NCBI GenBank assembly: GCA_002428905.1
Contig: DIYD01000048.1
Coordinates: forward strand, 1 to 41,905
Reading direction: 5' to 3'
Origin: Bacteroidetes bacterium UBA6063
Lineage (GTDB): Bacteria; Bacteroidota; Bacteroidia; NS11-12g; UBA9320
DNA length: 41,905 bases
Shown here: piece after piece, positions 9,806-18,721 of the stretch
How positions within the stretch are numbered: the first letter of the stretch is position 1
How the letters are laid out: each line of letters begins with the position of its first letter
The notes under the pieces: generated by a model
Seen by the model: the letters and a program-made list of their open reading frames with translations, nothing else
What the model was told of the DNA's origin: nothing
Database searches by the model: none
Position numbers and translations under genes: made by a program

Positions 9806-9806
9806 T

Positions 9807-10457
9807 TTAATTTATCATTAACGTTGGCCAATAACTCTTTTGATGAATCCCAAGGCTAGACAAAACCAGTGCCTTGCACGCAGAGTGATTCGCCAATCGC
9901 TCATTTTTATGTTCTATAATTCGATCGATGTACAACTGCTTTAAGCAATCGGACAAAAACCATGTTTTCATTTCCAGACCATCAATGTCGTTGAGCCTGG
10001 GTATGTTCGAGTAGTGCCAGCTCTTCATGTGATTTTCCAGAACCCCAAGAATAGGATCTTCACTGTTCATTGCTTTCAGATGCATCATCATGGAAGGAAC
10101 AAAGCGAAGGCATAAGTCGGCAGACAAAACTGCTCCCGGGGTCAATTCACCCTCATATTCGGGTAGTACGGTTGGTATGTCTTCGTGCTTTTGGTCACGG
10201 AACAAATACAACTGACTGGTACGATAGACCATGGTGGCTGCCCAAAGCGCTGCCTTTCCATCAAATTTGGGAGAGCTATGTGGATAGTCCTGGGCTTCGC
10301 GTTCGTAAAACTCCTGAAGATAGTCAACGACCTGCTGAGACTCGCCTTCGGTTACATCCAGCATTTTTTGGTGCAGGATGACATTCCCCGTTTCTAAGAG
10401 GTAGTAGACCATATGCAGGAAAGCATTGTCGTCTATTAATAAGGTTTGGTTAGTCAT
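9807..10457 (-). CDS. First gene of the MoxR operon, alpha-helical hypothetical protein (bpX4-like)
   Basis: 216 aa, ending 1 nt before the MoxR start. AALWAA..Y, SADLCLRFVP and WHYS motifs. Confidence 0.7.
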   Translation of the reverse strand: MTNQTLLIDDNAFLHMVYYLLETGNVILHQKMLDVTEGESQQVVDYLQEFYEREAQDYPHSSPKFDGKAALWAATMVYRTSQLYLFRDQKHEDIPTVLPEYEGELTPGAVLSADLCLRFVPSMMMHLKAMNSEDPILGVLENHMKSWHYSNIPRLNDIDGLEMKTWFLSDCLKQLYIDRIIEHKNERLANHSACKALVLSSLGIHQKSYWPTLMIN

Positions 10458-10461
10458 CGGC

Positions 10462-10469
10462 CAAAGTTA
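10462..10469 (-). promoter_or_regulatory. Bacteroidota sigma-A -7 element (TAACTTTG) for the MoxR operon
   Basis: Exact TAnnTTTG match ending 4 nt upstream of ATG 10457. Confidence 0.6.
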
Positions 10470-10591
10470 CACGTATTGTGAAAAATATCCAGTGCTAATA
10501 TGGAGTAGATTGCTGTCGGATGCAATGGAAAAGGGTTGCTATGCATCACTCTTTAGATGAACACCGATTTCTCAATAGATTTGTAAGGCAC

Positions 10592-11641
10592 ATGAATCTA
10601 CAACGAAGACAAATACCCGGCCTGCTCGTGCTGTTCCTACTGTTATTTGCTTACCGGTTTTCGTTTCGCGATGATTTCAGGACGCTGGAAATGATTCAAA
10701 TCACGCTCAGTACTTTGTCTGATGTCATTGTTATAACTGCGTGTGTTGTGACCATATCTGCATTTCAAAGCCGAATCCAACAGCGGTTATCACGAACAGT
10801 ATCCATCTTCCTTGCAGTTGGGTTTGGCGTTTTTGCATATTGGTTAAGCGTGCTCCTGTTAATAGAAGCCCACAGAGCAATCTACCTGGGCACAACAGGC
10901 ATGACCGAACAGTTCAAATCCATCTTCAACAGCCTAAGTTATCAGGTATTCGACAGCTATTTGGTTATTGCAATGGGTATCATTGTGTTGTTCGCATATC
11001 GGTTGTATTTACAGTGGGTAGATCAAAAAAAGCTGACAAAAGAAATCGAACAAGAACGTATTCAGGCCGAATTAAACTTTCTGAAAGCTCAGATAAACCC
11101 GCATTTCGTATTTAACACGTTGAATAATGTGCAGTTTCTCATTGATGAATCCAATCACAAGGCCCGGAAATTGGTGCAGGACTTCGGTGACTTACTTCGC
11201 TACCAACTGTATGAAACTGCAAACAAAGAAGTACCCGTTAACCAGGAGATTAATTACCTCAAACAATACATCGAAATACAGAAGATCAGAAAGGAAGAAG
11301 GCTTTCAGGTATTTACTCAATTTGATGATTTCGCGGATGTGGAGATTGCCCCACTCTTGCTGATAATTCCGCTTGAAAATGCGTTTAAGTACTCTCCGAA
11401 TAGTAGTGAGGCTTATATAAACGTACAGCTATCCTATTCAACGAACGGAATTCGATATACCGTTGAAAATCCGGTCAGCACAAAAAAACACTCCGAACTC
11501 ACCAAGGGTGGCCTGGGTATTGAGAACCTGGTCAAAAGACTAGACCTGATGTATGGAAATCGGGCGGAATTCGCACTTGATATTTCAGAGAAGAAGGCAA
11601 CAGCAACGCTTACGATAATGCACAATGACAATGAAGCTTAA
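10592..11641 (+). CDS. LytS/YehU-type membrane sensor histidine kinase
   Basis: About four TM helices, H-box LKAQINPHFVFNTLNN, LRYQLYE, ENAFKY, GGLGIENL. Start moved from 10520 to 10592 because TAGATTTG (-7) lies at 10576-10583. Confidence 0.92.
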   Translation: MNLQRRQIPGLLVLFLLLFAYRFSFRDDFRTLEMIQITLSTLSDVIVITACVVTISAFQSRIQQRLSRTVSIFLAVGFGVFAYWLSVLLLIEAHRAIYLGTTGMTEQFKSIFNSLSYQVFDSYLVIAMGIIVLFAYRLYLQWVDQKKLTKEIEQERIQAELNFLKAQINPHFVFNTLNNVQFLIDESNHKARKLVQDFGDLLRYQLYETANKEVPVNQEINYLKQYIEIQKIRKEEGFQVFTQFDDFADVEIAPLLLIIPLENAFKYSPNSSEAYINVQLSYSTNGIRYTVENPVSTKKHSELTKGGLGIENLVKRLDLMYGNRAEFALDISEKKATATLTIMHNDNEA

Positions 11642-12335
11642 TACAATTATAGTGGATGACGAGCCGGTGGCCCGCAAAGGCATTCGTGAGTTTGCTGAAA
11701 AAATCGATTTCATTGAAGTGATTGGAGAGGCCAGGGACATTGAATCTCTATTAAGCCTTATGGAAGATTCTCAGATAGACCTCCTTTTCATGGATATCGA
11801 GATGCCAGGGCTGTCGGGTATTGAGTTTGCCAGGTCATATGAAAAGAAATTGCCTTTGATCGTGTTTGTAACCGCCTACCACCAATTTGCCGTTGAAAGC
11901 TATGATTTAGCTGCCGTGGATTACGTGCTCAAGCCCGTATCTTTCGAGCGTTTGGCAAAAGCCGCAGATCGAGCGTTGGAAATTGCCGATTCCAGAAATA
12001 AAAAACGCAAAGACGGTGCTCCTTTTTTTGTGCGTCACGAAGGCAGGTATCATCGTATCGACCCAGGTCAGGTGGTATACGTAAGTGCGTTGCAGAATTA
12101 TGTTCGTTTGTATATGACTTCGGGCGATCAATTCGTTGTTCGAAGCACACTCAAAGACTTCGAACAGCAACTAAACTCGTCTCAAGTGCTTATGGTGCAC
12201 AAGTCTTACCTTGTCAATTGCAGCTTTGTAGAGAGTATAGCAAGCAACCATATTCAGGTAAAGGACTACGGACAAATCCCAGTGGGGCGGGCCTATAAAG
12301 ATGCTGTGTTCCAACGCCTCTTAGGCGATCTATAA
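11625..12335 (+). CDS. LytTR-family response regulator
   Basis: Receiver motifs IVDDEP, FMDIEMP, VTAY and VLKP; LytTR motifs VHKSYLVN and IPVGRAYK. Overlaps the kinase gene. Confidence 0.95.
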   Translation: MTMKLNTIIVDDEPVARKGIREFAEKIDFIEVIGEARDIESLLSLMEDSQIDLLFMDIEMPGLSGIEFARSYEKKLPLIVFVTAYHQFAVESYDLAAVDYVLKPVSFERLAKAADRALEIADSRNKKRKDGAPFFVRHEGRYHRIDPGQVVYVSALQNYVRLYMTSGDQFVVRSTLKDFEQQLNSSQVLMVHKSYLVNCSFVESIASNHIQVKDYGQIPVGRAYKDAVFQRLLGDL

Positions 12336-12343
12336 AACCGGAT

Positions 12344-12376
12344 TGTTGTTCGCCCCTACTGGGGTGTTGTTTGTCA
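12344..12376 (+). promoter_or_regulatory. Putative LytTR direct-repeat binding site
   Basis: TGTTGTTCGCCC (12344) and TGTTGTTTGTCA (12365), 21 bp apart, upstream of the lipoprotein gene. Confidence 0.5.
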
Positions 12377-12472
12377 CACCCCCTGTACCGAACATCACAA
12401 AACACTAATATACAGCTTATTATGGTGCCACATCTGCAACTACCTCCACGTCTATCAACCAAATATATAGAT

Positions 12473-12916
12473 ATGAAAAAGGCTTATTTATTAATGATGG
12501 CAGGATGTTTATTATTCTCAATGATATCTTGCTCAGAAGACGCACCTGTAACACCGACACAACAAAATGACGATAATCAGGATGACAAAAATGACAAACC
12601 GGAGTTGGGCACCATAGAAAAACTAGCCCAAACCTGGATTCTGGAAGAGACCTATGAAAATGGGGTGCAAAAAACCAGCGGTGGCACGGGAGAATACTTG
12701 TTTACTGCAGATGGTGCGTTTTTCTTCAATTCAAACGGAAATTGGAATGCCATTGGAAGTTATGACTTTACAGGTTCCGATTCTACAACCATTGCAGTGA
12801 CCTTTACTAGTACCAATGAACCCATAAATATGGAACTGAAAACACTTAATGAAACCGAACTGAAAACGGAGTTTGTAACTAATGGGAACACATTGAATTA
12901 CAATTACAAACGTTAA
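12473..12916 (+). CDS. Lipoprotein, lipocalin-like beta-barrel
   Basis: Lipobox MKKAYLLMMAGCLLFSMISC; AQTWILEE, YLFTADG and GSYDF match the Bacteroidota lipocalin-like pattern. Confidence 0.75.
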   Translation: MKKAYLLMMAGCLLFSMISCSEDAPVTPTQQNDDNQDDKNDKPELGTIEKLAQTWILEETYENGVQKTSGGTGEYLFTADGAFFFNSNGNWNAIGSYDFTGSDSTTIAVTFTSTNEPINMELKTLNETELKTEFVTNGNTLNYNYKR

Positions 12917-12978
12917 AAGCGATGCTTGCTTGATTGGAACAAGGTTCGACCACCTTGAGGTGAGCAAGTTACTACAAC

Positions 12979-13010
12979 AAAAAACGCCCCTGATTGCTCA
13001 GGGGCGTTTG
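12979..13010. terminator. Rho-independent terminator between convergent genes, probably bidirectional
   Basis: Perfect 12-bp stem AAACGCCCCTGA/TCAGGGGCGTTT with a 4-nt loop (GCAA on the minus strand) and A/T-rich flanks. Confidence 0.88.
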
Positions 13011-13031
13011 TATTTTAAGCGTTTTTACGTT

Positions 13032-13691
13032 CTATTTTTCAAGCAATCCATCGGCTTTCCATTTCTCGATTAAAGCGATTTTATCTGCTTCAAGTTTGGT
13101 TCCGCCTAAAGGCATAAAGCCCTGAGTTCCTTCATCGCGCTTGATACGGTCGATAATGAAGTCAACATTTGTTTTACTGTTGTCGTAAACCGTATAATTG
13201 GTATTTGCACCTCCGTCTACGTGACAAGGCTTACATGAAGCTTCCACTACAGGAAGTATGTCCATATCAAAGTTTACCTTACCTAATACTTCTACCGTAT
13301 ACGCATCTGCAAATTCCTTAGAACCAGCGCTGTTTGTGGCCATAACAGTAACTGTGTAAACGCCTACGGCTACCATATCACTGGCAGAAATAACACCACT
13401 ATTTGCGTCTACAGTGATCTCACCGCTTGCATCAGGTGTTGTTGTAATACTGTACGTAATTGGTGCAGTGCCCTTGATTGTTGGTGTTGCCGAAGCACCG
13501 GCTGTACCCATGTCTAAAACCAATGAATTCGGAGTATAAACAAGTTCGGTTGGTGCAGAGGTTGATGGTTCAGGTTCTTCGTCATCCGGGTTACATGAAG
13601 TCATGTAAACACCCAACGTGAACATCACCGCCAACAACGCATAGGTTGGTTTAAAACGGGTGAAATTAAGTGCGTTAATCTTTTTAATCAT
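13032..13691 (-). CDS. Lipoprotein with an Ig/cadherin-like domain and a C-terminal monoheme cytochrome c
   Basis: Lipobox GVYMTSC; Ig-like ITVDANSGVI..GVYTVTVMATNSAG; FDMDILPVVEASCKPCH heme motif and a distal GFMPLGG. Start 13691 preferred to 13766. Confidence 0.82.
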   Translation of the reverse strand: MIKKINALNFTRFKPTYALLAVMFTLGVYMTSCNPDDEEPEPSTSAPTELVYTPNSLVLDMGTAGASATPTIKGTAPITYSITTTPDASGEITVDANSGVISASDMVAVGVYTVTVMATNSAGSKEFADAYTVEVLGKVNFDMDILPVVEASCKPCHVDGGANTNYTVYDNSKTNVDFIIDRIKRDEGTQGFMPLGGTKLEADKIALIEKWKADGLLEK

Positions 13692-13914
13692 TTTCTGTTT
13701 TTTTATTAGCCGGGCAAGGTATGAAAAATCAAAGGATAACCGTGTCTGTTTAATTTCATATTGCAATAATCACCTGACAATGTGCATGGTCTGGTGAATT
13801 TTACCTGATTCACCATTTAATTGTAATCTTCCTACGCACAGTTCTCGTTTATCGCAGCGCTTGTAATGTTTTTAGGCTCGAATCGCTATCTTAGGGGAAA
13901 CGAATGTTTACATC

Positions 13915-16149
13915 ATGCCCTTACAAAAACTATTCGCCACATTGGCACTGCTGTTGCTATGGCCATTTTCAGGCCTTTCTCACATCACCGGCCACCACAA
14001 ACAAGCCGGTTTTGACCTCTCCATCAAATCCACCCAATCAGACACCGTGCACGGTTGTACAGGTTTGGAACAGATCCTAAAAGTCTGGCTGGTCAATTCC
14101 TCTAACGTGCTGGTCGACTCTTTTCCGCTGACCGTAAATATTGGAAATCAAGCGTACAGAGAATTAAGTCGATATCAATTACCTGCAGGTGATTCCGTTG
14201 AAATTGAATTATCGACGAAGTATCGCGCTGATAGCGCTGGCACCTATACTATTCGTATTGACTTAGACCGAACCGACGACATCGGGGCAAATAACACCAC
14301 TACCATAACCTACACCATTCACGAAACACCAAAGGCCGATTTCATAGTAGACGCCGTATGCCAAGGAGAACAATCATTATTCTTCAATACCACACAATAT
14401 AGCGGTTTAGATAGTCTCGACTATCTCTGGAACTTTGGAGATGGCATCAGTTCTTCCCACCGAATTTTGCGTCATACGCGTCATAGATACGCATTACCCG
14501 ATAAACATGTCACTGAGAATTACCTGGTCACCTTATTGGTTTTATCGAAGCATTGTCGGGACAGTATAGCTCATTATACAACCGTGCATTCAACTTCAAG
14601 TGCCAACTTTACACATGAGGTAGTTCATCGGGAATTAAGAGTTACACCAATCACCACAGAACCTACAGATTTTTTTGAGTGGGATCTGGGTGACGGTACG
14701 CGATCAAACAAGCGCTTTCCGAAACACACGTACAAAGATGATGAAGTGTATCAGGTGTGCCTTACGGTAACCAGCGCACCTGGTTGTATATCCAAATCGT
14801 GCTCTATGCCGCTTGAATTGTGCAAGGTAACCGGTCGGGTGTATGCTGATATGGATAGCAATTGTTTCTACTCTGCAGGCGACCAAACCATGCGCACCAT
14901 AGTATTCGCTCAGGGAACCCAATACAGAAGCAGAAGCCAGGATGATGGCACATACGAGTTAATCGTTCCTGCAGGAAGGGACTATGTGATTACTACCGCT
15001 CAAAACAGGTTTAAAGCGATTTGTTTCTCGGATAGTTTTCACATCTCAAATGCCACACGAGATAAAACCTACCAATTTGACGCCTTGTACTGGATCGACT
15101 CTAACTACCATGATGTGGGTATATCCATTAGTAGTGGAAGAGTACAACGGGGCAGAAAAACGTTGCTTACGGTAGCGTTGGAAACCGGCTATTGGAAGAA
15201 CTCTATTGATAGTGCAGACGTGCTGGTGGAATTTGACCCACGTTACAAAATAGAGCAGGTGCCTTTGGTTTATTCGTCCCCAGAACCAGGGAAGATCGTT
15301 ATGCGATTAGAGTTGCCCAGACACCATAGTCCCAAATACTATACCATTATGCTGTCCGACGATGATGGCAAACTGCTTGGAGGAGAAGAGATTTTATTCA
15401 GTACGCACTTATCGACTATTGATGTGGATACAACAGACAATCGAGACACAATCAAAGTAGACGTTCGAGCTCCGTACGACCCAAACGATAAGTCTTCTTA
15501 TCCAGACGGCGGCATTAAGGCTCCCGTGGATGAAATCGACTATACCATCCGTTTCCAAAACATTGGATCAGCGGATGCCAAAGATGTGGTGATCTTCGAT
15601 AGAATTAGCAATCACCTGGATGCGAATCACATTAAAATAACCGGATCCAGCCACCCCGATTTATTGAGTTATCAGTTAGACCACAGCATATTAAAATTTA
15701 GATTCAACGAAATCTACTTACCTGACAGTACAACCGACCCCGAAGGTTCGCAAGGTTTTATCTCCTATCGTATACCCGTTAAAGCGCCGGGCTTACGTAA
15801 AGGCGATACCATAAAGAATATGGCAACGATTTACTTCGATTTCGAAGAAGGTATTGAAACCAATACGACCAAATTGTTTATTGTAGACGAGAATACATCC
15901 ATAGCGGCGTATCAGCCTAAAAAAATCGGGTTTACGGTGTACCCCAACCCTACGGATGGTTTAACCCATATAAACAATAATCAATCGGAGTCATTGGAAT
16001 TCAAACTTCTCGACATACGAGGAGCAACGCTAACCACGTTCACGGTTGATCCGCACCAATCAAAAGTCATTCATCTCGATCATCTTGCATCTGGAATATA
16101 TGTACTCAGAAGCTCGGACGGTAACGCATTGAATCTTATTCGTGACTGA
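13915..16149 (+). CDS. T9SS type A cargo protein with CARDB-like, two PKD and C-terminal Ig-like (PYDPNDK) domains
   Basis: Signal peptide; WNFGDG and WDLGDG PKD motifs; VTGRVYADMDSNC; PYDPNDK..YTIRFQNIG; CTD VYPNPTDG..GIYVLR. Confidence 0.88.
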   Translation: MPLQKLFATLALLLLWPFSGLSHITGHHKQAGFDLSIKSTQSDTVHGCTGLEQILKVWLVNSSNVLVDSFPLTVNIGNQAYRELSRYQLPAGDSVEIELSTKYRADSAGTYTIRIDLDRTDDIGANNTTTITYTIHETPKADFIVDAVCQGEQSLFFNTTQYSGLDSLDYLWNFGDGISSSHRILRHTRHRYALPDKHVTENYLVTLLVLSKHCRDSIAHYTTVHSTSSANFTHEVVHRELRVTPITTEPTDFFEWDLGDGTRSNKRFPKHTYKDDEVYQVCLTVTSAPGCISKSCSMPLELCKVTGRVYADMDSNCFYSAGDQTMRTIVFAQGTQYRSRSQDDGTYELIVPAGRDYVITTAQNRFKAICFSDSFHISNATRDKTYQFDALYWIDSNYHDVGISISSGRVQRGRKTLLTVALETGYWKNSIDSADVLVEFDPRYKIEQVPLVYSSPEPGKIVMRLELPRHHSPKYYTIMLSDDDGKLLGGEEILFSTHLSTIDVDTTDNRDTIKVDVRAPYDPNDKSSYPDGGIKAPVDEIDYTIRFQNIGSADAKDVVIFDRISNHLDANHIKITGSSHPDLLSYQLDHSILKFRFNEIYLPDSTTDPEGSQGFISYRIPVKAPGLRKGDTIKNMATIYFDFEEGIETNTTKLFIVDENTSIAAYQPKKIGFTVYPNPTDGLTHINNNQSESLEFKLLDIRGATLTTFTVDPHQSKVIHLDHLASGIYVLRSSDGNALNLIRD

Positions 16150-16275
16150 CTGTGATTTAGGCACTTATTGTACGATCAATGTCACTTTTCGTGTAAATCA
16201 CCCCCTGGGTTCATCCAAACAGAAATCCAGTTGTCATGTTTTATATGCGTGGTTTACTAACGAAAAACAATTGAT

Positions 16276-17295
16276 ATGAAAATGAAAAACACCCTTAAAA
16301 TTACCCTGGCTTTTATCACATTAGTTAGTGCTGGATTGGTTTCAAGTGCTCAAACGAAAAGAAACGTTGTCGTTGAACATTTCACAAATACACGATGTAG
16401 CATTTGCGGAAGCCGTAACCCGGGTTTAAAGCAAAACCTGGAAAAAGATCCGTCGGTTTTTCATATTTCATACCACCCAAGCAGCCCCTACTCCAGTTGT
16501 GTGTTGAACCAACACAACAAGGCAGGTAACGACGATCGTACACGTTTCTATGGCGTTTACGGTGCAACACCACGAGTTGCCGTGCAAGGCAACGCACAAT
16601 CGGTTGGTGTCAACTTCAACAATTCGGATTTGTATTCTGGTGAGCAGAATAAAACTACCCCGGTTGAAATTAGTTTAACAACTTTAGAGAAAGGCAGCGA
16701 TTCACTTATAGTTCGGGTTGTTATCCGCGCTTCAGAAGCACATAGCCTAACAGACTTAAACCTTTTTGCAGCGGCCGTAGAAGACTCGGTTTTCTATAGC
16801 GCTCCAAACGGAGAAGGCTTACACCTGAATGTTTACCGTAAGACGTTATTCGACGACGGATTTACCTTACCATCAATGGTTGGCGACTCTATCGTATTTG
16901 AAGTGCGCACAGACAACCACAAGGACTGGAATGCCTCTCGCATGTATGTGATGGCCTTCGTTCAAAACTCAAGCTCCAAATTTGTAGAGCAGGTAGAGTC
17001 CTCCAAAGGCGATGCAGACATAACACGCGGTGGCGGAAACGTAGGCATCGGTGAACTGGATTCAAAAGCACTACGTTTAACTCCCAACCCGGTAAGATCG
17101 GTACTAGCAATTGACGGGATTGAGTCGTCAGATGCGGCTTTAATCATTCGTGATTTAACGGGAAGAGTGATGTATAAAGCACGTCCGAATAGTGCGACCA
17201 AAATCGATGTGACTGCATGGAAATCAGGCATGTACGTTGCGACGCTACAAACGGATCAAGGACTGGTAAACCGGAAGTTTATCAAAGTAGACTAG
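16276..17295 (+). CDS. Omp28-related thioredoxin-fold protein with a T9SS CTD
   Basis: VVVEHFTNTRCSICG (CxxC), ISYHP, YGVYGATP, MAFVQN; CTD LTPNPVRS..GMYVATL. Confidence 0.85.
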   Translation: MKMKNTLKITLAFITLVSAGLVSSAQTKRNVVVEHFTNTRCSICGSRNPGLKQNLEKDPSVFHISYHPSSPYSSCVLNQHNKAGNDDRTRFYGVYGATPRVAVQGNAQSVGVNFNNSDLYSGEQNKTTPVEISLTTLEKGSDSLIVRVVIRASEAHSLTDLNLFAAAVEDSVFYSAPNGEGLHLNVYRKTLFDDGFTLPSMVGDSIVFEVRTDNHKDWNASRMYVMAFVQNSSSKFVEQVESSKGDADITRGGGNVGIGELDSKALRLTPNPVRSVLAIDGIESSDAALIIRDLTGRVMYKARPNSATKIDVTAWKSGMYVATLQTDQGLVNRKFIKVD

Positions 17296-17297
17296 GA

Positions 17298-18602
17298 TCA
17301 GGCCATTAATTCCGGTTCTCGTCGGTCGGCGAGATGATTGACATACGGTCGTACGATGAGGCGTAATCCGTTGTTGTAATTGACGTAGTTCCAGGCCCAG
17401 TTAATGAGTACGACAACGCGGTTACGGAAGCCTACCAACAACATAAGGTGCACAAGCATCCAAACGGCCCAGGCCAGTATACCCTGAAGTTTCAGCTTGC
17501 TGATTTCCGCAACGGCTTTGTTCCTGCCAATGGTGGCCATGGTTCCCTTATCGACATACGTGAAGGGCTCAATTGATTTCCCTACCGCCACTTTGTTAAA
17601 CGACTTAGCCAGGTACTTACCTTGTTGCATCGCTACTGAAGCCAACATCGGTAAACCAGCCGGATATACTTCCGATACAATCATACCGGAATCGCCAATA
17701 ACATATACCTCCGGGTGCGATTCAAGTTGGCAAAACGGATCGACGACAACTCTGTTGCCCCTGCCAATTTTCGAAGCGTCAATACCATCAGGCAGGTTTC
17801 CTTTTACACCTGCCGCCCAGATTAACGTATCGGTTTTAAAGTTACCTCCGTCTTTGGTGATTACCTGTTTATTTTCATAGGTTTCAACAAAGGTCTCTAA
17901 CCATACATGCACGCCTAACTCTCGAAGGTAGTCAAAAGCCATGGTCGAAGAATTCTCGGCCATATTCCCTAGTAGCCTGGGACCGGCTTCAATCAGGTCA
18001 ATACGCATTTGACGTAAATCCAGATCTGGAAAGTCCTTTGGTAATATCTTGTTCTTTAACTCCGCTAAAGCGCCGGCAAGTTCAACACCCGTTGCTCCTC
18101 CTCCAACAATTACGAAGTTCATTAACTCCTCCCGACGGTTTAAATCGCGGGTATTTAATGCCTGTTCGAAATTCCCAAGAATTTTGCTTCGTAAGTCCAA
18201 TGCATCGGTAAGCGATTTCATGGGAAGGGCGTTCGTTTCTACCGCGGTGTTTCCAAAAAAGTTGTTCGAAGCACCTGTCGCAATAACCAACTTGTCGTAC
18301 TCAAGATCTCCTATAGTTGTCTCTACAACTCTTCGCTCAAAGTCTACACAAGAAACCGTTGCCATTCGAAAGAAGGTATTTCGTTTTCCGTGTAAGGTTT
18401 TCCGAATTGGGTATGCTACCGAATCCGGTTCTAAACCAGCTGAAGCAACCTGATAAATCAGGGGTTGAAACGTATGAAAGTTGTTTTGGTCGATTAAGAC
18501 AATCTGATAGTGTCTTGGATTAAGTCTCCTGGCCATTTGTAAACCAGCAAACCCGGCACCCAGAATCACAACACGTGGAAGGTCGATTCTCGGAATATTC
18601 AT
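17298..18602 (-). CDS. ndh: Type II NADH:quinone oxidoreductase (NDH-2)
   Basis: GAGFAG, FQPLIYQVA, GGGATGVELAG, WAAGV, AMQQG, DKGTMATIGR and a C-terminal amphipathic anchor. Confidence 0.93.
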   Translation of the reverse strand: MNIPRIDLPRVVILGAGFAGLQMARRLNPRHYQIVLIDQNNFHTFQPLIYQVASAGLEPDSVAYPIRKTLHGKRNTFFRMATVSCVDFERRVVETTIGDLEYDKLVIATGASNNFFGNTAVETNALPMKSLTDALDLRSKILGNFEQALNTRDLNRREELMNFVIVGGGATGVELAGALAELKNKILPKDFPDLDLRQMRIDLIEAGPRLLGNMAENSSTMAFDYLRELGVHVWLETFVETYENKQVITKDGGNFKTDTLIWAAGVKGNLPDGIDASKIGRGNRVVVDPFCQLESHPEVYVIGDSGMIVSEVYPAGLPMLASVAMQQGKYLAKSFNKVAVGKSIEPFTYVDKGTMATIGRNKAVAEISKLKLQGILAWAVWMLVHLMLLVGFRNRVVVLINWAWNYVNYNNGLRLIVRPYVNHLADRREPELMA

Positions 18603-18626
18603 AGCAATGTATTTAACAACCGTCTC

Positions 18627-18634
18627 AAAGGTAC
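18627..18634 (-). promoter_or_regulatory. -7 element (TACCTTTG) for ndh
   Basis: TAnnTTTG match 24 nt upstream of the ATG. Confidence 0.55.
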
Positions 18635-18721
18635 GGTGTATTAAATAAACAGGGAACCGGGTTATTTGGTTTTTAAAATAAGAGAGTAATTAATAAAAAG
18701 TATATTCTTACATCGTGTTGA

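Noticed and set aside
10520-10591. Longer N-terminus for the sensor kinase (likewise the track starts 12371, 13766, 20605 and 20695)
   Set aside because: Downstream ATGs fit the -7 promoter positions and/or give proper signal peptides.
16207-16236. Second possible LytTR repeat upstream of the Omp28-like gene
   Set aside because: Only a GTT core aligns at 21-bp spacing, which is too weak.
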